A DNA stretch of 59,195 nt, filler included, from Jimgerdemannia flammicorona (lineage: Eukaryota), in NCBI GenBank assembly GCA_003990765.1. It is 3 parts of 3 records of this genome, joined end to end, with 100 filler letters (N's around TTAATTAATTAA, not from the genome) between each part and the next. Parts side by side here need not be neighbours in the genome. Positions count along the whole stretch, not along the records: positions 19,767 to 39,432 come from RBNJ01001880.1; 2 more parts are not named here. One strand, written 5' to 3'. Below, piece by piece: positions 24,540 to 35,639 of this stretch. A program made the translations under genes and the position numbers. The notes under the pieces are model-generated. The model was given only the letters and a program-made list of their open reading frames with translations, searched no databases and had not been told where the DNA came from. How positions within the stretch are numbered: the stretch's first letter is position 1; every line of letters begins with the position of its first letter.

Positions 24540-24880
24540 CAGCCATCCAACCCCTCGGTTGAAGTAGCGTCGGAGCTAGGACCAATTCTACAGCAGTTCT
24601 CTGCTAGCCAACATGAATATTGCCCTAATGCAACCACGGCCACTGCCATCCCTTGGCCCATTCCGTATAAGGAATGTCCCGAGGAGGAGCCGATGTCGCA
24701 TTCATGCTACTGGCAGGGCCACAAAACGAAACCCTCCCGGAATGGTGTGCGTTGGATGCAAATTGGACAAGAAGGGATTTCTTGGAATGCCCTGCACTCG
24801 TGGTAAACACTTCGGCAGGATTTGCCACGTTGACTATAAGTAGATGGCCCTACTTCTCAAGCACCGCCAACCTTCTACGA
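24540..24880 (+). pseudogene. Paralog 2 of the Zn-cluster gene (3' part, frameshifted, two Cys lost)
   Basis: RCRIHATGRATKRNPPGMVCVGCKLDKKGFLGMPCTRGKHFGRICHVDY in ORF 24613..24843. Confidence 0.88.
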
Positions 24881-25609
24881 TTCCGTGTGTTCCAAAAAAC
24901 AAAAAAAAACAAATGGTTTGATACAATTGTATGATATATAGTTATTATGAGGTAAAGAACTCAAACATTGTGATATGTAAAATATGTATAAGCAAATCTA
25001 TAGTTAGGCATATCTTATTCCAAAATTAAGAAGAATTATGTGTGGATATCTTTTTTTAACTTTGGATTTCTACCTTGAGTGAACAGGGCACCCTAACTGT
25101 TGGTTCCGTTTCATTGGTGTCTTAGCGTGCTGTGTGACAAGAGTATTCAAACGTCGTGCGAATGGCAATAACAGTCGCATCTGCAGGGTGCCTGATCAAT
25201 ATTAATAGGCGTAAAACCACCCAAAGGAGGTGAATCGCCCGAAACCACGTGCCGTAGGATCGCTGGCCATAGGGTAAAATAACCCCACGGTAATTTTTTA
25301 AATGTTTCGCTCTTCCTGAACAGGTTCCTTTCGGCCGGGCGAAAGGCGAGGCTTTACCGATCGACGTAGGTTTTTGGAATGACCGAAGGCGATTGCACAT
25401 GATCATTATATAATGCGCCAATCCGCTGTTGGTTACAATTTTGCTCTCCGTGACCGAACATGCCCCATAACAATGCCCGAAGAGTTATCACCGCTTAGTT
25501 CGGCTTCTGGTATTTTCGCTCCGTTTTACCTTTCTAGGAAGGGGAATGGTGTATGTTGTCCTTAATTTTCAAAGTTGTGTAAGCTGTATATACTTGCATC
25601 GAAACATGC

Positions 25610-27790
25610 TTACATCATAATCATAGTCCACGAAATTAATTATATAAATATGTAACTTGTTGCGCACTTACAGAGGAGGATGTTTCAACATTGTGGAGGA
25701 GCAGAAACGTTTGACGTTCCATGAGCAAAACAAAATAATTGAAAGGGTTTCTGCCAGAATTTTTGTCTCCTTTTCTCTTCTTTTCACCCAGTATCTACCG
25801 CTTTGTGCATTGGTAAAACAACATTTTGTGTGCGGTTAATGTGTGATATTTGAGGCAAGCAAACGCGGCGGAGGGCCAATTTCCAAACACCCGGGTGAGG
25901 GAGATGTGACACGAATCAATGCGCGTAAAGTTCGTTTCTCTGTATCCTACAGCCTGGAACGGCCTACGTCATCCACGATGACGGCTTCCGACCACTACCA
26001 TATCCTAAGTCGATCAGCAGAACCCCTGTTCGGTAGCAACAGCTTTCGGGTTTGGAAGTACTATCTGAAGCGGAAACTCCTCAAAAATAGGCGCGACGGC
26101 ATTGAGGGGTTGCTTTCCCTGATCGGTATTGAGTCAGAAATGTGCATTGACCATTTCCGATCTTCGGTGTTCTCGGGTTCTCGGGCGTGCTCCTTTGGGT
26201 CGTTTTACGTATAGGTACAACGGAATAGCTAGGTCGGTATCTTTGTGATCAGCATTCGCATGGATCGTCTGTCAAATTTATTTTTTTTCGTGTTCCCGAG
26301 CTCTGTAACGGAATTTACCACTTTTGGATCGCTTTAAGCATAGGAGGTCAAATAAGGACTCCCTGTACAGTTGCGATACAGGTAATTAACGTGTAGCTCA
26401 TTCTCGGCAATCGCGGCTTCTGCACCGACCTACTAAGGCATGACAATTAGGACGAGCATATTGGGAGAGTGCCTCGATCAAGACTGGCACGTCACCTCAC
26501 GTGATATCTAGTCTGGGCCAACCCAATTTGGCCGGATTCTTTCAGCCAAGGCCATTTCCGGAACAGCTGACCTGAGCTGGAAAATACGTTGTTGTGGTCG
26601 GAACCCGGCACGGGTGAGTGCCGAATTATTCCTATTGAAGTTAGGGTCACGAGTACCTTTCTGTTAGGGCCAACTCCCGAACAGCCGACGTGAATGTTGT
26701 CGGAACCCGTATAGAACTATTTCTATTGAAATTAGGGTCACGGGCACCACATCGGGCGTCGAATGCAGATTTGCAAATATATATATATATAATAGCTAAC
26801 AAGAATAAATCAAAAGACGGGCATTGCAGACGAAACGAGCGTCTATGAATTTCCCCAAGATCTGAATCTATCAGCAGTAGTAGTACAGTAAGTGTAGGAA
26901 TAATTACATTTGGCAATGTCCTAACGTATACAACATGATTATTTGCGAATGCGACAGCTCTTTCCGTATTCGCGCGATGTTTAAATGTTTGATTCCGATG
27001 GGTTCAAGTAATTATTGGACTTCCCTTCCAGATCTGAAGCACTTTGTGCATGTGATGTTTTTGATTGTTTTGGGCATAGCATGCCCATGTTGAAGATATG
27101 GCATTGATAAGTGTTCCTAGGTTTTTGCCCCACGAACCAATATAATCTCGGCCTTAATGTAGAGCGTTTCTTTAAATACATAAAATGATCCGAAAGGTGG
27201 CAAATTCAGGTAAACACAAGGACACGTGGGCATAAATAAAGATAGAAAGAAGACGAACGGGACATCCCCGTACCGTGTTTCTTTTTTTTTTTTTTTTTTC
27301 GAAATTTTAACAGCTTGATATTTGACCCTTACCCTCCGGACATTTTCCATTGTAAGCCCACGACGGATAAGCACTTAAGCATGTTAGAATGAGGGAAGCT
27401 CAAAAACTAAGGACCATCAAACTGACCAGAAGGCATGGTTCCGTTGAAATCGGCCGTCCCGTTGTGACCAGGACTTTCGTATGACCAGATCGATATCGGT
27501 CAAGGCTCAGCTCCGACTTGCCGTACAGATTTGGAAGTGGCCGAAACTGTCATCGTAGCACGACGCTCCAATTACAATTGCCGATCCAGGCCACAGTTTA
27601 ATAATTCTTTTTTTTTTTTTTTTTTGTAATAGTGCTTGCTGGTCCGAACGTGCCCCAGTTCTAAAGAACAAAAGCTAAAAACATGTCCACGGTTTTGCCT
27701 TCTCCACAATGTTGAAAAATCCTCCGCTACTAGGACTCAACAGGTTACATATTTATATAATTCATTTCGTAGACTATGACAATCCACCCT
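25610..27790. repeat. Diverged inverted repeat, arms about 25610-26030 and 27490-27790
   Basis: CATAGTCCACGAAATTAATTATATAAATATGTAAC…TTCAACATTGTGGAG matches the reverse complement of 27700-27780; 25967-26030 matches the reverse complement of 27495-27567. Confidence 0.75.
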
Positions 27791-28577
27791 ACAAACGTGT
27801 AGCCAAAACATTCCCATCCTCAAAATCTGAGAAGAAGAAGAAAGCATACAAAATTAATAATAATGTTGGCATGCATCGATGTAAATAATGCTGACACAAC
27901 GTTGGAATTAAGGGGCATATACGCCAGCTCTTCCTCCTAACGTAAAAAACAAAACAAAATACAAAGTCATACACGGGATGTTGAACTAAGCTTCGAGCAT
28001 TTCTATGGGTCAAAGGGAGCAAAATCGCAACCGAATCTAACCTTGGAATGGTATGCAAAATAATGACCGTGTGGATCGCGATTAGATCCGGATAGAGCCG
28101 GATTTCGGGAAGTCGATATGTAGCCAAAAGGATATTCGAAAGCTCTATTTCAAACATGTGATCCAAGCAGTCTGGCGATGTAGACAGCCGGGTCAGGCTC
28201 GGACCATCTTAAAGCCACTTGTGCAACCGTTTCACATGCAAGAGCTGGGTACGGTATGCTAATTCATTCCCTTTTTTTAAAATATGAATTTCCGTGCAGA
28301 GCTGCGTATAGTTTGGATAGTAATTATCTTCCTCTTTTGTTCATGTGTGTGATTTTTTTCCAACTCGCCGTCAACACTGATCTTCCGTGCAGATCTGGGT
28401 ATGGTAAGCAATTTGCCAATTTTCCTCTTTCTAACAATTTTCCAAACAGAGCTGCATAATGTAAGTGTTGTAATTGTACAGAGTTCATCCATATGTTAAT
28501 GTATGCTGCCCCACACAAAGTTGTGTGTATAAAATGGGTTCCTTTCGCTTACTTTGCCCATAGTTGTCATTAAAACC

Positions 28578-29261
28578 ATGAGCAACAATTCTCACACCAC
28601 AAAATTTCGCCGCATTCTCCCAAAGCCGCGAGAGCCGTTGCCATCCTTTCGCAACCTCCACGATATCGACCTCCGCTCGTCTAGCATACCGCCTTGCTTC
28701 CAGTGTCTCTTCTGCCAATATAAGATTTGCCCAGTCCATACTACCTCGGAGCTATATGGCAGCGTAATACCGAACGCCGACTCAACCAGTGGACGTACTC
28801 CCGCCTACACGGACACCCTTCCAACTGCTGACGTATTGGACCAAAGCTTGCAGAGCCACCCTGAAGCAATACTACTCCATTTCACCTCGAATACCAATGC
28901 CGGCAACTTCCCTAATGGCGACCCAATCAATCAAGCAACCCCAAACCGAGGGCCAACCTTTCAACAGCTTTCCACCTGTCCACCATCTTTTCCATCTCCT
29001 CCCAGCGCGAGAGTCACCCAACGGCCGCACACCGAATCCACTTTTAACCCTATGCCTATTCCGTATAAGGGATGTCCCGATTGTTCGAAGAGGAAGAGAC
29101 GATGTCGCATTCATGCTACCGGCAGGACCGCAAAACGGAACCCTCCCGGAAAGGTTTGCGTTGGATGCAAATTGGATAAGAAAAAATGTCTAGGAATACC
29201 CTGCACCCGTTGTAAACACTTCGGCAGGCTTTGCCATGTTGACTATGTAAGACGGTCCTAG
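28578..29261 (+). CDS. Intact 227-aa protein with C-terminal Zn2Cys6-like cluster and two additional Cys/His motifs; putative DNA-binding regulator
   Basis: CVGC-x6-C-x4-CTRC-x6-C, with upstream CPDC-x6-C-x2-H and CFQCLFC-x4-C-x2-H. TATAAAA near 28528, ATG in an ACCATG context, no intron needed. Confidence 0.8.
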   Translation: MSNNSHTTKFRRILPKPREPLPSFRNLHDIDLRSSSIPPCFQCLFCQYKICPVHTTSELYGSVIPNADSTSGRTPAYTDTLPTADVLDQSLQSHPEAILLHFTSNTNAGNFPNGDPINQATPNRGPTFQQLSTCPPSFPSPPSARVTQRPHTESTFNPMPIPYKGCPDCSKRKRRCRIHATGRTAKRNPPGKVCVGCKLDKKKCLGIPCTRCKHFGRLCHVDYVRRS

Positions 29262-29399
29262 ATCTTAAACGCCGACATCCTCAGACGATTTGTGTATATG
29301 ATCAAAAGAAAAAAGAAAAAAAACGTTATACTTATGGAAATTTTTTATATATTAGTTTACATACTATAACCAAGAATAAAATCGTAGATTGGATTTGAG

Positions 29400-32165
29400 C
29401 GATATCTGGAACCGAAAATTTTTATAGTGACGTCACAGTCCGGTAGTTGGTGCAGTCACAGGGTGCAGTGTGACCAGAATTTTCAAACACCGCACGAATG
29501 GGAAGTGTCGCTTCGGCTGCGCCGTCGCTACCGCAATTATGAAAAAGAAGCCAAAAAGCGAATAGCCCGAGTACACCGCGTCATTTCATTGACTACGGTC
29601 AACATTCCGATTTCAGAGGATAAAGTTACCCCGTGCCAATTTTGAGTTTCGCACTTCCGGAACAGTATCCGGCCCGCGTTAAACGACCCAAAGGTGGTGA
29701 ATCGCCCGAAAACACGTGCGCGTGGTATAATTGACCCACGGTTGACGCACATTCGAAGTCAACACCACTCATAGGGGCCAATTTTCAAAAGGTTTCGCAT
29801 TTTCCCAATGGGATCTGGCCGGCTGAGCGAAAGACGATGCTTTGCCGATCGACACCCTTAGCTAATATCGGAATACCGTACTCGCCCACACGGATTAAAC
29901 CGGACACTTTCGTCGTGGTCATGTACACCAAATTGGAGCAGCTGCTCGTCAGCAGACATATTATTCACCCACTTAAAGTTTATTTACGTACACGCAAGGA
30001 GATGACAGGTACCAAAAAAGAAGGGAGAGAGAAAGGAATGGAGACAAATATCTGACCCATATCTTTTCATGAAAAAAATATATATATTCATTTCTACATT
30101 TAGGTTATTCAGACAGAGCTAGATGCACGCGTATGGCACATTCAGAAGCTTGATTATCTTCGCATTCAGCTCGCTTCGCCGTCTTGCAACGTACAGCCTG
30201 TAACTTCTCCACCCTCTGGAACCAAAGAGGAAAAAATTATTTGATACCGTATGGCCGCAGCACACCAAATATATAATGCTCGTGGTTAAAACTTTATGGG
30301 TAACAGGGACCCGACGCTTGGGTAGCAAGATAGTAATTAGGGTCATGACTGCCAGATCGGACCGTTCACCAAAACTTGAAACCGGTCAATTTTGTTGGGT
30401 CACAGGATGTATTTAGGACAATGCTGGGGGGAAGCACACCATTAGGCACAATTCTTGCACCTAGGGTCAATTCCAGATCGGTCAACCTAACCCGGGTCGT
30501 GATCTGGACAATGCAAAATCCGATACGGAGGGGCACACCGCTCGGAAAATTCGGTCATTAGAAGTAGTGCTATGGGTACCTACCTGACCAAGCCTTTCAG
30601 CCAGGGCCAATTACCGGCTGATCCGGCCACAGGATTGTTGATTGGGTTCGGGACAATGCCAGACCTCACACTGGGGGGCTGGAGACCCGACAGAATTCCT
30701 CCATTAAAAGTAAGGGTCATTGACAATTTAGTTGAGCCAGGATTGTTGAGTCACAGGATTGTGTTTGGGCCAATGCCAAACCTCACCCTGGGGGGCTGAG
30801 GGAGCACATCGTCCGGCAGAATTATTCTACAGAAATTAGGATCATAAGTACCAGATCGGATTTGCCAACAGATTTGTATAACTTTATGGGACGGAACGCT
30901 TCTTTGAGGTTCCGACACAAGAACAATATAACGAGGACCCGGCCCCAATGTTTCGTGCTTCAATGTCCTATATATATGTATCACTCAGCGCCCAAGTTTT
31001 CAAACCTTGTGTTGGTGTGTTACATTTCCGTCATGCTTTCAATCCCGTGACAAATATCCAAACTTGCCCTAACAACCGGAAGCTAAGAAAGAACCGCGGG
31101 AATATGATCTGCATCCATCTGCAGTGTTGTTTACATTTTTTTTGAAAGAAGGGAGACAAGAAACCTTAATCTGGACGGGTTACACGTTGTGCTACTCTGA
31201 TCCCCGAGCCCGGAATAAATTCCGGAGAAGCGTAGCTGCGTGGCGAGGCCACAGACAAACCAAAATTGGGGAAGGATTTACCTGCATGATGTCATATTAA
31301 CCTAGCCAATTACCCCGCATTTAATGAAAAAAAAAATAAACTCTGAGGCGAGAGATAACATTGTGCCAATGAAACGGCTTTATTTCTCGCAGCCAACAAG
31401 AATGAAAAACCATTTGCGTATAACTGTCTGTATCGTCAAATATATACCCTTGTTAGCGTATACATTTCGCAGATCTAGCACGGAAGCGGAATTTGACGAC
31501 GTCTTGCCCTCGAACGTTAGGAAGTTTGCCGTTGTCCACCGGCGTGTCGCCTTTCCAATAGCCTCCAGGAACCCCTTCATTAATTGCGATGGCATGAGCG
31601 GCGCCTAGCTGCCCCCCATATCTGTCTGCACCCAACCGGGGCTTGTGGTGAGCACCGTAAATTCCTCTGATTGGGGTTTGTTCGCTAAACAGTTGGTCAC
31701 TAGAAATTTAGGGTGTATAGGCCTGTATTCAAGCACCGATTTCTTATCGAATTTAATTATTGAAACACCACAAGCAAACGCGAAAATATATACGCAAGTT
31801 CTCGGCAACTTTCTAATTTTGGCTATTGATGTATCCAATTCGGAGCTGCTGTTGATGATCTGGAACGGGGAACGCTTGCGGAGGGCAGGGAGGAAGGACT
31901 CACGTTATTAAAGAAATTATTGAAATCATTCTTGGACCCGGGTTTTTGTGAATTGGAAACCACATGAGGTTATGTGTGAGGTAGATATTAGGAGAAGCCA
32001 GGTACATTTTGGACGCGGTCGAAGGGCCGCGAAAGATGCCAGCGCTGGTGAAGAGGGATTGGCTGCTTATTGATACGATTTGATTTATAGGTATACCAGC
32101 AATACATCCTTGTTTATTAGGATGTCGATACCGTCGGCGACAACTTTTCCACCTACTCAGCTGCG
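29400..32165 (+). repeat. Left arm of a large diverged inverted duplication
   Basis: Collinear reverse-complement matches: 29450-29535 with 35400-35490, 29660-29845 with 35005-35205, 30830-30960 with 34100-34230, 31380-31595 with 33440-33650, 32090-32160 with 32925-33000. Confidence 0.9.
30290..30900 (+). repeat. Degenerate tandem array of roughly 100-130-bp units (GGACAATGC…GGGGG…AATT…TAGGGTCA…CCAGATCGG)
   Basis: Core GG[A/C]CAATGC near 30416, 30505, 30651 and 30768; related units inverted at 34190-34430. Confidence 0.6.
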
Positions 32166-32260
32166 GTCTCTATTCGAACCAATAGAAAGTTATACGTCGA
32201 GGTTCCAACGTCAAGTAATCGCTTTGGATGCCACAGCCATCCAAGTACGTCATAATCTTT
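31495..32260 (-). pseudogene. Short-chain dehydrogenase/reductase (C-factor-like) pseudogene, left copy
   Basis: Fragments LDV…SIETAAE, VADGIDILIN, SPGWVQTDMGG*APL…KGFLEAIGKA…NFLTFEGK, with stops and frameshifts. Confidence 0.75.
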
Positions 32261-32469
32261 CTCAATATGTGGGCGTAATGTGGGTACAGCAGGGTTTATT
32301 TCCCCTGCCAATCGAATATGGTTTGCGTTGACCTTTAAACATATATTTTATCACTTTCATTTGCACCGTCGTACGTTGCTGCGTGTTGATTTTTAAATTT
32401 TCTTTAGAGAGTAAGAAAAATCCCTCTCACGAATTTTCATGCCTCCCGACCTGGGAACTAAAATGCAAA

Positions 32470-32704
32470 ACCGCATTGCCCAGTCCCCAGTTGGAGGGAT
32501 AAGTGTAGTCAGCAGTAGTTCCATTTGTTGAGACGCCGTTCAGTAGTCTGGGCCAATCAAATATTGGCAGAAGGGACTCAGTTGGAAACTAGGTGGCATG
32601 CTGGAAGAGCTGAGGTTGATGTCGTGGAATTACGAGTGAATGGTAGCTGTTCTCGAGGCTTTGACAGAATAGTCGGAATTTGAAATGTATGAATTGTTAT
32701 ACAT
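32470..32704 (-). pseudogene. Paralog 4 of the Zn-cluster gene (5' part), in the palindrome spacer
   Basis: The reverse complement from ATG 32704 aligns with 28578-28740. The upstream GCTGCCCCACACAAA…GTATAAAATGG (32738-32771) matches 28505-28537. Confidence 0.82.
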
Positions 32705-32924
32705 ATTTTGCTTTATGAAAATTGAGGTTGACATGGTTCCATTTTATACTTACAATTTTGTGTGGGGCAGCAAGCATCTTTTTTTTTCATGTTATAAGAA
32801 GGGTAATGAAGAAACCCTATAGGATTACAATGTTACAATATGTCAACAACATGTGAGCGTAATGAGGATACAGTAGGGGTTATTTCGACGTATGAACACT
32901 CTTTGGCCCTGGTTAGAATATAGA

Positions 32925-33543
32925 CCACAGCTGTGTAGGTGGAAAAGGTTTTGCTGACGGTATCGATATCCTAATAAATAAGAATGTATTGGTTGTATAC
33001 TTACAAATCAGATCGCATCAATAAAAACCATCAATAACGCGGGCATCTTTCGTGGTCGAAAATATACGTGGCTTCAAAAATCTATCTCACACATAATCTA
33101 ATGCGGTTTTTTGCCCCCCTCGAAATCAAATCACAAAAGTCCTACTCCAATAATGATTACAATAACGTCTATAATAACAACGTGAGTCCTTCCTCCCTGC
33201 CCTCCGCAAGCGTCCCCCGTTCGGGATCAACATTGGGCTCCTTGGTGTATATATTCATAGCCAACCCTAACTAACAAGGTTAGCAGGTTGCTGAGAACTT
33301 GCGTATATATTTTCGCGTCTGCTCGTGTTGTTTCAATGAGCAATTTCGATGCTTGAATACAGACCTAAGTGACTGTTTGATAGGTGAACGAGCTCCAATC
33401 GGGTGCTCACAAGCCCCGGATGGTTGCAGAAAGATATTCACGCCATCGCAATTAATTAAGGGGTTCCTGGAGGCAATCGGAAGGTGATGCCGGAAGACAA
33501 CGGCAACTTTCTAACATTCGAGGGCAAGCCAGCGCCGTGGTAG
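32925..33543 (+). pseudogene. SDR pseudogene, right copy
   Basis: ADGIDILIN…TPSQLIKGFLEAIG…PEDNGNFLTFEGKPAPW* (TAG 33541-33543), a typical C-factor-like SDR C-terminus. Confidence 0.72.
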
Positions 33544-33680
33544 ATTCCATCTACGTGCCAGCTGTGCGAATATATATATTAACAAGAGTATAAATTTTGA
33601 CGATACGAAGGGTTATGCGCGAATCATGTTGGCTGCGTGAAATGAACCGTTTCATTAGTGCAGTGTGACTCGTCCTAGAG

Positions 33681-33714
<34 letters not shown>

Positions 33715-35500
33715 CGTAATCAATGCGCAATTGCCTAGGTGGCACGACGATATCGTGCACGAAATACCTCCCTAATTTCGGATTGTCCGTGGTCTCGCCG
33801 CAGCTCCGAAAATTGATTCCAAGTTCCTGAATCAGGATAGCACAACCAACATGTGATCGCATCTTCCCCCTCTCCCGTCATAAATTTCCGTATAGAACAC
33901 AGTTTAATGTTCATCCTTGCCACTCTTACTCCCATCTTTCGAATAAATGTAAATAAAAATGCAGAAGGATTCGGGTTTTATTCCCACGATTCCTTCTTCA
34001 TTCCGTTTAGGCAAGTTTGGATATTAGTAAGTATAATTGCAATATAACACACTAACACAAGGCTTGAGAACCTGGGCGCCGCGTGATATGTATAGACAAT
34101 GGTAAGTACGTAGCATTGAGGCCGAGTCCTCGTGATATCGCTTTTGTCTCGGAACCTCAAACCAGCATCCCGTCCAGGTTATACAAATCTTGACAAATCC
34201 GATCTAGTACTTATGATCCTAATTCTATAGAAGATTTCTGCCGGATAGCGTGCTCCTTCAGCGGTCAGGTTGACCGGCCTGGCATTGTCCCTAGCCGAAA
34301 GAATTATGCCGAATGGTGTGCCCTCCCCCAGGGTTGGATTCGGCATTGTCCCGCTCAACCAAATTGACAGAGCAGGCTTGGTGAAAAGGTCGGATCTATT
34401 AGTCATGACCCTAATTTCTATTTTACCCCGGTCCCAAACATGATCACAAAATTGTCTGATCAGGTCGGTTGGCATGGAGTTGGCTGTCTGCTTAGCACCA
34501 AAAACATTCCTATGACCCAACAAAATTGCCGGATAATGTCGGCTGGCTTGGCCCAAACTGTTAACCATACTCGCATTGAGGGATATTTATTTTGCATGCT
34601 GCGGTCATACGTGTAACAATTATTTTTTCCTCTCAGGTTTCGAGGGAGGAAAGGCGGCGAAACGGGCTGAACACAAAATGTATTAAATATTTACTATTTA
34701 GCTTCGTTTGAACAACCTAAACGTAAAATATGCAAAATATCTCATTTTTACGTAAGGATTTGGGATAGATATCTGTCCCCATTTCCCTCCCCCCTCATTT
34801 TTGTAACCTACCATCTCCTCCTTGCGTGTAATCGTAAATCAACTTTATATATATGATCGACATGGCTGCTTACGAGCAAAGCACGGCGCTGCGCGTAGTT
34901 TTACCATTTTGGTGTACAATGCTATTCCTCGATGCACGACGGAAGAAAGAATCCAGTATTTGAGAGCACAATCGAACCGGTAAACAATTATAACCTTATA
35001 ACAGCTCTAAGCCTCGCCTTTCGCCCGGCCGGCCAGATCCCTTTGGGAAATTGCGAATCATTTTAAAAATTGGCGTGAGACATACTCTGTGATCGGTGTT
35101 GAGTCCGAATGTGCGCCGACAGCGGTCAATTATATTGCGCGACACGTGCTTTCAAACGATTCCCCACTTTTGGGTCGTTTAACGCCGGCCGGATCCTGTT
35201 CGGGGGGTGCGGGGTTACTTTACCGTGTGATCGACTTTGAATCAGAATGTGCCTTGACATTGTCAATTATACGCCGCACATGTGTTTCCGGGCAATTCGC
35301 TATCGTTGTTCGTGGGAAGTCTATCTATGGTCAATTTTCATCATTCTTTTTAGTTGGCAATGGGAGGAGTTCTTTTTTTTTTTCAATTGGTTAGCCTACC
35401 TGCGGTAACGACACCGCCACGGAAGCGACAACTATTCCCATTCGCGCGGCGTTTGACAAATCCTTCACGCTGTGCACTGTGACTGCCCCAATCTTCGCTC
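32925..35500 (-). repeat. Right arm of the large inverted duplication
   Basis: See the matches listed for the left arm. Confidence 0.9.
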
Positions 35501-35639
35501 ATTCGAGATATAGTGCCGCGAACCTAAAGACCTCAGTCACATGACCAAAAATTGACGAAGTGGCAATAATCTCACTAGAGTCCTATTATGGAATAGCATC
35601 ACACAACTGCAATTCTGGGTAACAGTCACGCGATGTGGC

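Noticed and set aside
24890..24915. A-rich tracts after the Zn-cluster paralogs as evidence of retrocopies
   Set aside because: No TSDs were found, and promoter and far-downstream sequence are co-duplicated, which favours DNA-level duplication.
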